A DNA stretch of 56,240 nucleotides from Bacteroidales bacterium (GCA_029942245.1 JAOZTN010000002.1:19255-75494), one strand, 5' to 3'. Positions 36,100-46,640 are shown, counted from the first letter of the stretch. A program made the numbers and translations. The notes: a model not told the origin generated them from the sequence alone.

Positions 36100-38778
36100 A
36101 TGACAGATACGGACAGACGAAAAAGGCTAGGGGCGAAATTTCCCTGCAGTAAATTACTTGCCGGATTAATTGGCATGCTAATTATATTGCTTTCAGCACC
36201 GTTATCGATGGCTCAGCAAATCAGCGACGACCTGGATGTGATTGACTATTCTGCGCCCAAGAAATATGAGATCGGCGGCATTACGGTATCAGGAATAGAA
36301 TACCTCGACCAGAATGTGCTTATCATGCTTTCCGGCCTCAAGATTGGGGAAAGGGTTGATATTCCCGGTGAAAAGATCACCAATGCCGTTAAAAAATTAT
36401 GGGACCAGGGCCTCTTTGAGGATGTCCGTATATCAGCTACACGCTTCCAGGGAGATCTTGTTTTTCTCAACATCTACCTGCTTGAAAGGCCCCGGCTGAC
36501 CAAATATTCCTTTAAAGGAATCAAAAAATCGGAAGCAGATAATATTCGCGATGAGATGCGGATAACCCGTGGAGATGTTGTTACTGATCATCTTCTGGTA
36601 AGGATCAACAATATCATCAGCGGCTATTTTAGCGGCAAAGGTTTCCTCGATGTGGAAGTTGATGTGAAGCAAATAGCTGATACCACGAAGGCTAACAATG
36701 TGATCCTGGAGATTGTTGTAGATAAAAAATCGAGGGTAAGGATCTATCAGATCAATATTCATGGAAATGAAGCCCTCTCCACTTCAAAGGTGAAGAAAGC
36801 TTTTAAGGAAACGAAAGAAAAAGGATTGTTCCGTCCGCTTTATGGTGCTGACAAGTTGCTGGTAGATGTGGTCTGGGATGTCTTGCAGCTCAAGTTCCCG
36901 AAGGCGATCGAAGATTTCCAGTCATATGTGGATAAAACAATGCGCTTCAGGATATTTAAATCCTCCAAGTTCATTGAAAGCAGCTACGAGGGTGACGTGC
37001 TCAACCTGATCAATAAATACAATGAGATCGGTTACAGGGATGCCAAGGTTACAAGGGATTCTATTTCCAGGAATGACGACGGAACCTTGAATGTCGACGT
37101 CTGGATTGATGAAGGAAATCAATATTATTTCAGGAACATTACCTGGGTAGGGAACACAAAATATACAGCAGAGCAACTCGACAAAATTCTTGAGATTCAG
37201 AAAGGTGATGTATATAACAAAGACCTTTTGAATACCAACCTCTCTTTTAATCCGGCTGGCTTCGATGTCAGCTCCCTGTATCTTGATGATGGTTACCTCT
37301 TTTTCCAGGCAGAGCCTGTTGAGGTAAGGGTGGAGAATGACTCTATCGACCTTGAGATCAGGATGCGTGAAGGAAAACAGGCTACCATCAATAAGGTGAC
37401 GGTAAAGGGGAATACAAAAACGAACGACCATGTTGTGATCCGGGAGATCAAAACACGTCCCGGTCAGCTTTTTAGCAGGGATGCGATCATCAGGACGGTC
37501 AGGGAACTTGGCCAGCTGAAGTATTTCAACCCGGAGACCATTGCCCCCGATGTCATTCCTAACCCCGAAGATGGTACTGTCGACATCGTCTATTCGGTTG
37601 AAGAAACCTCTGCCGATCAGATCGAACTCTCCGGTGGATGGGGATATGGTAGGATCATTGGTACGCTCGGTGTATCTTTTAATAACTTCAGCTTAAGGAA
37701 CTTCTTTAAGAAAGGGGCCTGGAAGCCGATACCGTCAGGTGACGGGCAAAAGCTTTCACTACGTATACAGAGTTACGGTAGGGGATACATCAGTTACAGT
37801 GCATCTTTTACTGAGCCGTGGCTGGGTGGAAGGAAACCGAACGCCTTCAGTGTATCTTATTATCATTCATTGTATTCAAACGGACTTCCAAGGAGTGATA
37901 CAAACCGTGCCTATTTCAAGATCAACGGATTGACATTCGGACTGGGGCAACGCCTGAAATGGCCTGATGACTTTTTTACCCTCTACCAGGCAATTAATCT
38001 GCAACGCTACGATCTGCATAAATACACAACTATTTTCACTTTCGGCGACGGAACAGGAACTTATAATAACTTCAACTACAATATTGTTCTGGGCAGGAAT
38101 TCCACTGCGCCCAGCTATATATATCCCCGTACAGGATCCAATCTTTCATTGTCTGTGGAAGCAACACCGCCATATTCATTATTCAGCGATGCTGATTATA
38201 CCAAAATGGAGGATAAGGAAAAGTATAAGTGGATAGAATACCATAAATGGAAATTTGAGGCTTCCTACTTCCTCGAAGTGGCGCCTAAGTTTGTGATCAT
38301 GGGTAGGCTGAAGTACGGTTTCCTTGGATCATATAATAGCGATATTGGGATTACTCCATTCGAAAGGTTCTACCTGGGTGGTGACGGACTCTCCGGTTAT
38401 AATAACCTTGACGGAAGGGAGATCATTGGTATGCGCGGATATGGTAATGAAACACTGACACCTTACTACTACCAGGACAGAAACGTTGGTGGTACTGTAT
38501 ATTGCAAGTATACGCTGGAATTCCGCTATCCGCTTTCTCTGAACCCATCGGCAACCATTTATGCCCTTGCATTCCTGGAAGCCGGGAAAGCATGGCTGTA
38601 CCATCCGGCATTTAATCCTTTCGACCTTTACCGGTCGGCCGGGTTCGGTATGCGGGTATTCCTGCCTATGTTTGGCCTGCTTGGCCTCGACTGGGGATAT
38701 GGGTTTGATGAAGTTCCTGGTTTGCCGGGAGCCAATGAAGGACAGTTCCACTTCTCTATCAACCAATCAATCGATTAA
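36100..38778 (+). CDS. bamA: Outer-membrane protein assembly factor BamA
   Basis: 892 aa. Repeated POTRA-like segments and a C-terminal Omp85 barrel (GGDGLSGYN..., RSAGFGMRVFLPMFGLLGLDWGYGF). It is followed by two skp genes. Confidence 0.9.
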   Translation: MTDTDRRKRLGAKFPCSKLLAGLIGMLIILLSAPLSMAQQISDDLDVIDYSAPKKYEIGGITVSGIEYLDQNVLIMLSGLKIGERVDIPGEKITNAVKKLWDQGLFEDVRISATRFQGDLVFLNIYLLERPRLTKYSFKGIKKSEADNIRDEMRITRGDVVTDHLLVRINNIISGYFSGKGFLDVEVDVKQIADTTKANNVILEIVVDKKSRVRIYQINIHGNEALSTSKVKKAFKETKEKGLFRPLYGADKLLVDVVWDVLQLKFPKAIEDFQSYVDKTMRFRIFKSSKFIESSYEGDVLNLINKYNEIGYRDAKVTRDSISRNDDGTLNVDVWIDEGNQYYFRNITWVGNTKYTAEQLDKILEIQKGDVYNKDLLNTNLSFNPAGFDVSSLYLDDGYLFFQAEPVEVRVENDSIDLEIRMREGKQATINKVTVKGNTKTNDHVVIREIKTRPGQLFSRDAIIRTVRELGQLKYFNPETIAPDVIPNPEDGTVDIVYSVEETSADQIELSGGWGYGRIIGTLGVSFNNFSLRNFFKKGAWKPIPSGDGQKLSLRIQSYGRGYISYSASFTEPWLGGRKPNAFSVSYYHSLYSNGLPRSDTNRAYFKINGLTFGLGQRLKWPDDFFTLYQAINLQRYDLHKYTTIFTFGDGTGTYNNFNYNIVLGRNSTAPSYIYPRTGSNLSLSVEATPPYSLFSDADYTKMEDKEKYKWIEYHKWKFEASYFLEVAPKFVIMGRLKYGFLGSYNSDIGITPFERFYLGGDGLSGYNNLDGREIIGMRGYGNETLTPYYYQDRNVGGTVYCKYTLEFRYPLSLNPSATIYALAFLEAGKAWLYHPAFNPFDLYRSAGFGMRVFLPMFGLLGLDWGYGFDEVPGLPGANEGQFHFSINQSID

Positions 38779-38846
38779 TCAAAAAAATAATTTTTGGCAG
38801 GTTTTTTGTATTTGCTATTAAAAACAAAATATCGGAGGACATACAT

Positions 38847-39500
38847 ATGAAAAAACTGATTTTAACAATCGCCGTTATCCTGTCTGCATTCGCAGTCACC
38901 ACGGCACAGAAATATGCTTTTGTTGATTCTGACTACATTCTGACCAACATTCCTGAATACCAGGATGCACTTGATATCCTGGATGAGTTTTCCATTCAAT
39001 GGCAGAAGGAGATCGAAGGAAAGTTCACTGAAGTTGATCAGCTGTATAAAGACTATCAGGCCGAAGCCGTATTACTTCCTGAGGATATGAAGGCACAGCG
39101 TGAAAACGAGATCATCAAGAAGGAGAAGGAAGCTAAAGACCTGCAAAAGCAACGTTTTGGCAGGGAAGGTGACTTATTCCAGAAGCGCCAGGAACTTGTA
39201 CAACCTATTCAGGAAAAGATCTATAATGCTATAGAGGAGATCGCGGAAACACAAAACTATGCGCTGGTATTCGACAAAGCAGGAAGCCTTTCCATTCTTT
39301 ATGCGAAAGCCAAGTACGACATTTCTGATGATGTGCTGGATGAAGTTGGTACCGTAATGCAAACCGTGAGGCGTGAAGACAGGCAAGGACCTGCACCCTC
39401 TTCAGGCAGCTCTTCGGGGAACAGTAATAATGCCAATAAAATGATTGAACAGCACCAGGGTGGGAATCAAAGTTCCTCGCCACAAGGGGGTAAAAGATAA
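38847..39500 (+). CDS. skp: OmpH/Skp-family periplasmic chaperone with a G/S/N/Q-rich C-terminal tail
   Basis: 217 aa. Signal peptide followed by a coiled-coil K/E/Q-rich body. Located downstream of bamA. Confidence 0.8.
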   Translation: MKKLILTIAVILSAFAVTTAQKYAFVDSDYILTNIPEYQDALDILDEFSIQWQKEIEGKFTEVDQLYKDYQAEAVLLPEDMKAQRENEIIKKEKEAKDLQKQRFGREGDLFQKRQELVQPIQEKIYNAIEEIAETQNYALVFDKAGSLSILYAKAKYDISDDVLDEVGTVMQTVRREDRQGPAPSSGSSSGNSNNANKMIEQHQGGNQSSSPQGGKR

Positions 39501-39580
39501 ACCGTTACGGCACTGCAAATCAGACCCGCCAGGCCGATATTAATATAAATATATTTTTGTGTTTATATTGAATTATTCCA

Positions 39581-39588
39581 TACATTTG
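39581..39588 (+). promoter_or_regulatory. Candidate -7 box TACATTTG upstream of the second skp
   Basis: TAnnTTTG match, 39 nt upstream of the ATG at 39627. Confidence 0.4.
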
Positions 39589-39626
39589 CTGGGTTAAAAA
39601 GAATTTATAATCTATACTGAAATAAC

Positions 39627-40139
39627 ATGAAAAACATTCTGAAAGCTGTACTTCTTGTAGCTTTTATGCTTACAGCAACAATCGCCTGGTCACAGGCTAA
39701 TCTGAAGATCGGACACATTGATTCACAAGCCCTCATCGAGCTGATGCCGGAGAAAGATTCCGTCGAAACACAACTGATGGATTACCAGCGCTCACTCGAA
39801 GAGCAGATTGGTGCCATGTACCTTGAATATCAGAACAAAGTTCAGGACTATACAAACAATGCTGACGGCATGTCTGATATCATCAAACAAACCAAAGAAA
39901 GAGAGATCGCCGATTTAGAAACCCGCATTACTGAATTTCAGCAGAGTGCTGAGTCAACCTTTGGCGTCAAACAGCAGGAACTTTATGATCCGCTGATCAC
40001 AAAAGCCAGGGAGGCTATTACTGCAGTAGCTGAAGCAAATGGCTTTACCTACATTCTGGATGTAAGTATGGGCACTGTACTCTACTTTGACTCTGGTGAA
40101 GACGTGCTTCCACTTGTTAAAGCCAAGTTAGGTTTATAA
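39627..40139 (+). CDS. skp: OmpH/Skp-family periplasmic chaperone
   Basis: 170 aa. Signal peptide (LLVAFMLTATIAWSQ) and a coiled-coil body. Confidence 0.8.
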   Translation: MKNILKAVLLVAFMLTATIAWSQANLKIGHIDSQALIELMPEKDSVETQLMDYQRSLEEQIGAMYLEYQNKVQDYTNNADGMSDIIKQTKEREIADLETRITEFQQSAESTFGVKQQELYDPLITKAREAITAVAEANGFTYILDVSMGTVLYFDSGEDVLPLVKAKLGL

Positions 40140-40160
40140 TCGAGAAAGATATTTTGATTT

Positions 40161-40189
40161 AAAAACCCTGCAGAGATGCGGGGTTTTTT
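40161..40189 (+). terminator. Intrinsic terminator after the skp pair
   Basis: CCCUGCA-GAGA-UGCGGGG stem (40166-40183, GNRA-type loop, one G-U pair), flanked by A5 upstream and T6 downstream. Confidence 0.8.
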
Positions 40190-40234
40190 ATTTGTTCAAA
40201 TTTTCGTTGACAGTTCATGTATAAAATTCTTGAT

Positions 40235-40273
40235 CACTCAACACTCAACACTCAACCCCCAAAACCCAACACC
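40235..40273. repeat. Heptanucleotide array (CACTCAA x3, CCCCCAA, AACCCAA, CACC) whose last base overlaps the stop codon (TAG, complement of 40273-40275) of the minus-strand gamma-CA-like gene
   Basis: Direct reading shows strict 7-nt phase. It shares CAACACTCAACA with the reverse complement of the array at 1183-1215. Confidence 0.85.
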
Positions 40274-40785
40274 TATTTGTACCAGCTTGCATACATATTG
40301 TAGCTGTTGGCGATGCGTTCAATCTCGCCAACGATCAGGTCCTGGTCAATGTCTTTGATCTTGCGGGCAGGTACACCTGCATACACACTTCCTGATTCAA
40401 CTACCGTTCCTTTAGGGATAAGGGCGCCGGCTGCAACGATAGAATTACTCTCGATCACGGCATGGTCCATGATAATGGATCCCATCCCGATCAACACATT
40501 GTCTTTAATGGTACAGCCATGTACCACTGCATTGTGAGCGATACTCACATTGTTGCCGATCTCTACGGGAGCTTTCTGATAAGTCCCGTGTATACACACA
40601 CCGTCCTGGATATTTACATTATTGCCAATATGAATATGCGTAACATCGCCCCGAACTACGGCATTAAACCACACACTGCAGTGATCGCCCATGAGCACCT
40701 CACCGGTAATGGTGGCGTTGTCGGCAAGGAAGCATTCCTTACCAATTTTAGGTGATATCCCTTTTACGGATTTGATAAGCGCCAT
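40273..40785 (-). CDS. Gamma-class carbonic-anhydrase-like / hexapeptide-repeat protein
   Basis: 170 aa. Left-handed beta-helix hexapeptide repeats (ITGEVLMGDHCSVWFNAVVRGDV..IHIGNNVNIQDGVCIHG). Confidence 0.8.
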   Translation of the reverse strand: MALIKSVKGISPKIGKECFLADNATITGEVLMGDHCSVWFNAVVRGDVTHIHIGNNVNIQDGVCIHGTYQKAPVEIGNNVSIAHNAVVHGCTIKDNVLIGMGSIIMDHAVIESNSIVAAGALIPKGTVVESGSVYAGVPARKIKDIDQDLIVGEIERIANSYNMYASWYK

Positions 40786-40789
40786 AACT

Positions 40790-42403
40790 TTATTTCTTAA
40801 CAGCTTTATGGTTGTTTACCAGCATGGAACTGCCATCAATGACATCCCGTGGGTAGTCGATAGAATAATGTAGCCCACGACTTTCCTTCCGCTTGTTGGC
40901 CATTTTGATCACCAGGTAAGCAACATTGATCATATTCCTCAACTCGCAGATATTTATAGTAAGAATGGACCTGTCGTATAGCTCTTCTGTTTCCCGGTAT
41001 ATGATCTCCAGCCTGTCAAGTGCCCGCCTCAGCCTCAGATTCGACCTTACGATGCCGACATAGCTGCTCATCAAAGCCCTCAGCTCCTTAAGCGATTGTG
41101 TAATTAGGATCATTTCCTCATTTAAAACAGTACCTGAAGCATCCCAGTCGGGGACATCCGCGCAGAAGTTGATCTCTTCAGCGGAATCAATGGCATTCAT
41201 GCTTGCGCGATGTGAAAACACAGCCGACTCGAGCAGTGAATTCGATGCCAGCCTGTTGGCACCGTGTAAACCTGTTGAAGCACATTCGCCTGAAGCATAC
41301 AGGTTCGTGATAGAACTGCGTGCAAATTCATCCACCTTGACCCCACCGCAGATATAATGTGCCGAGGGCACTACAGGAATCATCTCCTTGGTAATATCGA
41401 TGTTGACAGTAAGGCATTTGGCGTAAATACGCGGAAAATTCTTGAAGAGCTCATCCTCGTCGAGATGGGTTGCATCCAGATATACGAAATCATCACCGGA
41501 AAGCTTCATCTCATTATCGATGGCCCTGGCTACTATATCCCTCGGGGCTAATGATTCACGCTTATCATACTTCTGCATGAATTCTTTTCCATCCTGGGTC
41601 TTGAGAACAGCACCAAAGCCCCTTAAGGCTTCCGTGATGAGGAAGGCAGGCTTTTCAGTGGGATTGTATAAGGAAGTAGGATGAAACTGGATGAACTCCA
41701 TATTTTCAACCTGCGCCTTAGCCCGGTATGCCATCGCAATGCCATCGCCGGTGGCAACATATGGATTGGTAGTATTGCTGTAAATATTTCCCGCTCCTCC
41801 TGTTGCGAGCATGGTGGTCTTGGCCAGGATGGTCCAGATCTCTTGCTTCTTCAGGTCCATGGAATAAACACCGTAGCAGTTGATATCCTCGTTTTTTCTG
41901 TTGATTTCCTTCCCCAGGTGATGCTGGGTGATCAGGTCGATGGCAAAATGATCTTCGAGCATCTCTATGTCAGGATGTTCTGCGATCTTATTTAGTAAGG
42001 CCCTTTCTATCTCCAACCCGGTACTATCTTTATGGTGAAAAACACGGCTTTCTGAATGCCCCCCTTCGCGGGCCAGGTCATACTCGCCGGATGCATTCTT
42101 ATCAAACTGGGCTCCCCATTCGATCAACTCCCTGATCCTGGCTGTGGATTCCTTGATGGTGAGTTCCACGATCTCCCTGTTGTTGAGTCCGTCACCGGCA
42201 ACAATGGTATCGATGATATGCTTCTCATAGGTGTCGGGAGTGTACATCACGGCAGCGATGCCACCCTGGGCATATTTGGTAGACGTTTCTTCTGCATCTG
42301 ATTTGGTCAGTATACAGACCTTTCCGTGATCAGCAACTTTCAGGGCGTAAATGAGACCGGCAATGCCGGAACCAATGATCAGAAAATCTGTTTGTTTACG
42401 CAT
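40790..42403 (-). CDS. nadB: L-aspartate oxidase
   Basis: 537 aa. Contains DFLIIGSGIAGL (FAD), SAHYICGGVKVD and GLHGANRLASNSLLE. Confidence 0.93.
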   Translation of the reverse strand: MRKQTDFLIIGSGIAGLIYALKVADHGKVCILTKSDAEETSTKYAQGGIAAVMYTPDTYEKHIIDTIVAGDGLNNREIVELTIKESTARIRELIEWGAQFDKNASGEYDLAREGGHSESRVFHHKDSTGLEIERALLNKIAEHPDIEMLEDHFAIDLITQHHLGKEINRKNEDINCYGVYSMDLKKQEIWTILAKTTMLATGGAGNIYSNTTNPYVATGDGIAMAYRAKAQVENMEFIQFHPTSLYNPTEKPAFLITEALRGFGAVLKTQDGKEFMQKYDKRESLAPRDIVARAIDNEMKLSGDDFVYLDATHLDEDELFKNFPRIYAKCLTVNIDITKEMIPVVPSAHYICGGVKVDEFARSSITNLYASGECASTGLHGANRLASNSLLESAVFSHRASMNAIDSAEEINFCADVPDWDASGTVLNEEMILITQSLKELRALMSSYVGIVRSNLRLRRALDRLEIIYRETEELYDRSILTINICELRNMINVAYLVIKMANKRKESRGLHYSIDYPRDVIDGSSMLVNNHKAVKK

Positions 42404-42412
42404 AATGCTTTA

Positions 42413-43669
42413 TTATAACTGCAGAAGTGCCTTTGCAGCGTCTTCACCACCCAGAAGCATTTTTGTAGGGTCTTCAAGCACCTCTTTTACCTTTACAAGG
42501 AAGCCAACGGCTTCACTGCCATCTATAATTCGGTGGTCGTAAGACAGGGCCAGGTACATAATCGGGTGTATCTCTACTTTGCCATTAACGGCTATCGGGC
42601 GCTCAACAATGTTGTGCATACCCAGGATAGCACTTTGCGGGGGATTGATGATGGGCGTTGATAACATAGATCCAAATACACCCCCATTAGTAATGGTGAA
42701 GGTCCCGCCTTTCATTTCATCAAGACTGAGTTTTCCATCCCTTGCTTTGATGGCCAGTTCCCTTATTCTACCCTCGATATCGGCCAGGCTCATCTGCTCT
42801 GCATTTCGCAGTACCGGCACCATTAGCCCCTTAGGAGCACTCACGGCGATGCCAACATCGGCATAATTGTGCATGACCATCTCATTTCCGGAGATCTGTG
42901 CATTCACCTTTGGGAAGTGCTGCAGCCCTATTGTCACGGCTTTGGTAAAGAATGACATGAAGCCAAGGCCTACACCAAACTTTTCCTTGAAGCTGTCTTT
43001 ATATTTTTTGCGGATCTCCATGATCGGGGTCATGTTCACCTCGTTAAAGGTGGTAAGCATGGCAGTTTCATTCTTAACCGAAACCAGCCTTTCCGACAAC
43101 TTCATCCGCAATCTGGTAAGCTTCTGACGGTCTGCATCACGTGTCCCACCCCAGTTGGAAGATGGTACTGTAGCTGTGGACGGAGCCTGATTGGTACGCT
43201 CGGAAACGAAAAACTCCACATCTTTCTTGCCAGCCCTATATTTTCGAAAAAAGTCCTCAAATTCCTTTTCTGTACTTCCACTTTCCTGAAGCAGCTTCTT
43301 CGCCAGTGGTGACAGATGTACATTGCTTTCTTCAACAACTTCTTTCTTTGGAGACTCCTTCACCGGCACTTCGGCTTTTACTTTGTCTGCAGACGCTTCA
43401 GCGGAGGCAGGCTTTTCTTTCTTTTTCCCTTTGGCTTCGGTATCGATGGTAGCTATTACAGCCCCAATTCCCAGGTTATCCCCTTCTTCAGCTTTGAGGC
43501 TGATCTTTCCGCTGTCTTCAGCGCTGATGGTCAGGGTAGCCTTATCGGAATCGATCTCTGCAATCTCCTGGTCCTTATCTACTTGCTCACCATCTTCCAC
43601 GAGCCAGCTGGCAAGCTGTACCTCGGTGATGGATTCTCCCGGACTGGGAACTTTTATCTCTATGATCAT
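42413..43669 (-). CDS. sucB: 2-oxoglutarate dehydrogenase E2, dihydrolipoyllysine-residue succinyltransferase
   Basis: 418 aa. Lipoyl domain ([14 protein letters not shown]), an E/K/A linker, and the catalytic [10 protein letters not shown]. Confidence 0.93.
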   Translation of the reverse strand: MIIEIKVPSPGESITEVQLASWLVEDGEQVDKDQEIAEIDSDKATLTISAEDSGKISLKAEEGDNLGIGAVIATIDTEAKGKKKEKPASAEASADKVKAEVPVKESPKKEVVEESNVHLSPLAKKLLQESGSTEKEFEDFFRKYRAGKKDVEFFVSERTNQAPSTATVPSSNWGGTRDADRQKLTRLRMKLSERLVSVKNETAMLTTFNEVNMTPIMEIRKKYKDSFKEKFGVGLGFMSFFTKAVTIGLQHFPKVNAQISGNEMVMHNYADVGIAVSAPKGLMVPVLRNAEQMSLADIEGRIRELAIKARDGKLSLDEMKGGTFTITNGGVFGSMLSTPIINPPQSAILGMHNIVERPIAVNGKVEIHPIMYLALSYDHRIIDGSEAVGFLVKVKEVLEDPTKMLLGGEDAAKALLQL

Positions 43670-43679
43670 AGGTCAATTA

Positions 43680-46541
43680 CTATTTTTTCTGCAGTTTTTT
43701 AACACGTTTTTTAGCATTAAAATGGCCTGCATTTACTTCTGCTTCTCCTAATTCATCTACTTCTACGTTGAACGATTGCCATCTGTTACCAATACAGATC
43801 ATTCGGCATTCGTTGTCAACCATGGGGCAGTCACACACACCATAGGCTTTTTCGATGATCTTCCGCTGCCGTATCTGATGAAACTTGCTGGATCCTGTTG
43901 CAGTGCTTCCGCTTGGTGGTCGTGCTACCAGTCTGAGTTCGAGTGAAGTAAAGTGCAATCTAAGGAATGGCCAGGCTCCCATATTCACAGGTTCTTCCTG
44001 TACCCATACCCAATCTTCGACAGGTGAATATTTTTCGATGATTCCCCTGATCTGTGTCATTGGCAAGGGAAACAATTGTTCGATCCTGATAATAGCTGTA
44101 TCTTCTCTATTCTCTTTTTGTTTCTCCTCCAGGAGATCATAATAAACTTTTCCGTTGCAAAAGATCACCCTTTTAACCTTCTTGGGATCGGAACCATCTT
44201 CAATGATTTCCTTAAAGCCAGCTTTTGTGAAGTCATCCAGGGGCGAAACACAGGCAGGGTGCCTGAGCAGGCTTTTAGGTGTGAAGATGATCAGGGGTTT
44301 CCGGAACTCACGCTTGAGCTGCCTGCGAAAGGCATGGAAGAGGTTGGCTGGTGTGGTGGGATTGATCACCTGCATATTGTCTTCTGCACATAGTGACAGA
44401 AAGCGTTCCATGCGTGCACTGGAATGTTCAGGACCTTGACCCTCATACCCATGGGGCAGAAGTACCACCAGGTCGTTCATTACATTCCACTTGTCTTCAG
44501 CACTGCTGATAAACTGGTCGAAGATGATCTGTCCGCCATTGGCGAAATCGCCGAACTGTGCTTCCCAGATGGTGAGTGCATATGGAGATGTTAATGCAAA
44601 TCCATACTCAAAACCCAGTACACCATATTCTGAGAGGGAGCTGTTGTATATTTCAATCTTTGCCTGCTCTTTGCTGATATGATTGAGGGGCAGGTATTCT
44701 TTCTCTGAATCCTCCACCTTCAGCACTGCATGCCTGTGGGAAAAAGTACCACGGGCTACATCTTGTCCGCTGAGCCTGATAGGGATGCCTTCATTCAACA
44801 GGCTTCCGTAGGCCAGTAGTTCACCCATGGCCCAATCGAGCATGCCGGTTTTTTCTAACATTTCCAACCTGTTCTCCTGCAAACGTACCAGCTTCCTGAA
44901 AAGCTTTTCATCGGCAGGCAACGAACAAATTTGTTTTCCTATCTTCAGCAGTTCGGATTTTTTTACTCCTGTCTCCGGCGAATAGTCAAAATCCCTGGGG
45001 TTGGCCTTATGAATATCGTGCCAGCTTTGTTCAAGAAATGAGCCTATGCTGGCTTTCCCCATCTGTTTTGATTTTTCGAGGTCTGCCTCCAGCAAAGCAT
45101 TGAAATTTTCATCAAAGGCTTTTGCCTCTTCAGCCTTTATCGTTCCTTCCTGGATCAGCTTTTCGCTATAAATCTCCAGGGGGTTAGGATGCTTTTCAAT
45201 GAGCTTGTAAAGGATGGGTTGGGTGAAGCGGGGTTCATCACCTTCATTATGTCCGTATTTTCTGTAACAAAGCAGGTCGATGAATACATCCTTATGAAAT
45301 TTTTGGCGGTACTCCATCGCCAGATTGATGGTATGCACAAGTGCTTCTACATCATCCCCGTTCACATGGAATACCGGGCTGAGTGTTGTTTTAGCTACAT
45401 CGGTGCAATAGGTACTTGAGCGGGCATCCAGGTAGTTAGTGGTAAACCCGATCTGGTTATTGATAACCACATGTATGGTGCCGCCGGTACGGTAACCACT
45501 TAATTCCGACATCTGTAGGACTTCATAAACAATGCCCTGGCCTGCTATAGATGCATCACCATGTATCAGAATGGGAGCCAGGCGCTTATAATCGCCTTTA
45601 TAATCTCTGTCGATACGGGCCCTCGCAATCCCCTCGACTACAGGATCCACTGCTTCGAGGTGGGAAGGGTTGGGAGCAAGGGTAAGTTTCACTTCCTTAT
45701 CGCCTGCCTTTCTGCTGGTGGTATATCCAAGGTGGTACTTCACATCTCCGAGGAGGTATTCTTCTTCGTATTCTGCCCCCTCAAATTCATGAAACAGGTT
45801 CTGGTAAGGCTTATGCATGAAGTTTGCCAGTACATTCAGCCGACCACGATGGGGCATGCCAATGATAAATTCTTTCAGGCCAAGTTTAGCCCCGGTATGT
45901 GTGATGGCATCTAAAGCCGGGATCAGCGACTCGGCCCCTTCCAGGGAAAAGCGCTTCTGCCCGGGAAATTTTTTATGAATAAATTTTTCGAATAAAACAG
46001 CCCTGCTGATCAACTTCAGGAACTCTTTCTTGTATTCCTTGTCGAAATCAGGTGTGTTGCAGCTTGATTCCATCCTTTTTTGCAGCCAATCAACGACTTC
46101 AGGGTGCCTGATATACATATATTCAGTTCCGATGGAACCACAATATGTCTTTTCAAGGTTATCGATGATCTTTTCCAGTGTGGCCGGACCGATACCAATA
46201 ACGTTCCCTGCCTGGTAAACGTTCTTCAGATCTGCTTCGGTAAATCCGAAGTTCTGATAATCGAGTGTAGGAGTGTACTTGCGCCGGGTCCTGACAGGGT
46301 TCGTCTGCGTAAACAGATGGCCCCGCTGCCGGTAAGCATTGATCAGGCTGAGCACCTTAAACTCTAAGGGGTATTCTTCCGCTGTAACCGGTTTGGGTTT
46401 ATAATCTTCCCGGGCAAATTCAAAGCCTTCGAAAAAATGCCGCCAGTCCTCGGTAACGGATTGGGGATCGTTCAGAAAATCCTGGTATAGCTTATCTATA
46501 GTATCCGGATCAGAACTGTTGATAAAGGATTGTGTATCCAT
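43680..46541 (-). CDS. sucA: 2-oxoglutarate dehydrogenase E1 component, with an unusual ~50-aa Cys-containing C-terminal extension
   Basis: 953 aa. Contains INAYRQRGHLFTQTNPV and HGDASIAGQGIVYE. The canonical C-terminal block ...ATGSSKFHQIRQRKIIEKAYG is followed by VCDCPMVDNECRMICIGNRWQ...KKRVKKLQKK. Confidence 0.93.
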   Translation of the reverse strand: MDTQSFINSSDPDTIDKLYQDFLNDPQSVTEDWRHFFEGFEFAREDYKPKPVTAEEYPLEFKVLSLINAYRQRGHLFTQTNPVRTRRKYTPTLDYQNFGFTEADLKNVYQAGNVIGIGPATLEKIIDNLEKTYCGSIGTEYMYIRHPEVVDWLQKRMESSCNTPDFDKEYKKEFLKLISRAVLFEKFIHKKFPGQKRFSLEGAESLIPALDAITHTGAKLGLKEFIIGMPHRGRLNVLANFMHKPYQNLFHEFEGAEYEEEYLLGDVKYHLGYTTSRKAGDKEVKLTLAPNPSHLEAVDPVVEGIARARIDRDYKGDYKRLAPILIHGDASIAGQGIVYEVLQMSELSGYRTGGTIHVVINNQIGFTTNYLDARSSTYCTDVAKTTLSPVFHVNGDDVEALVHTINLAMEYRQKFHKDVFIDLLCYRKYGHNEGDEPRFTQPILYKLIEKHPNPLEIYSEKLIQEGTIKAEEAKAFDENFNALLEADLEKSKQMGKASIGSFLEQSWHDIHKANPRDFDYSPETGVKKSELLKIGKQICSLPADEKLFRKLVRLQENRLEMLEKTGMLDWAMGELLAYGSLLNEGIPIRLSGQDVARGTFSHRHAVLKVEDSEKEYLPLNHISKEQAKIEIYNSSLSEYGVLGFEYGFALTSPYALTIWEAQFGDFANGGQIIFDQFISSAEDKWNVMNDLVVLLPHGYEGQGPEHSSARMERFLSLCAEDNMQVINPTTPANLFHAFRRQLKREFRKPLIIFTPKSLLRHPACVSPLDDFTKAGFKEIIEDGSDPKKVKRVIFCNGKVYYDLLEEKQKENREDTAIIRIEQLFPLPMTQIRGIIEKYSPVEDWVWVQEEPVNMGAWPFLRLHFTSLELRLVARPPSGSTATGSSKFHQIRQRKIIEKAYGVCDCPMVDNECRMICIGNRWQSFNVEVDELGEAEVNAGHFNAKKRVKKLQKK

Positions 46542-46640
46542 ATTGCTTGCGTGTGCGAGGGTGCAAAGGTACGAATAATTAAGAATGGTTCAAGATAATA
46601 TAGGTAACAAGCCAGGGGCTTTGAGGGTTCATTGCAACAT

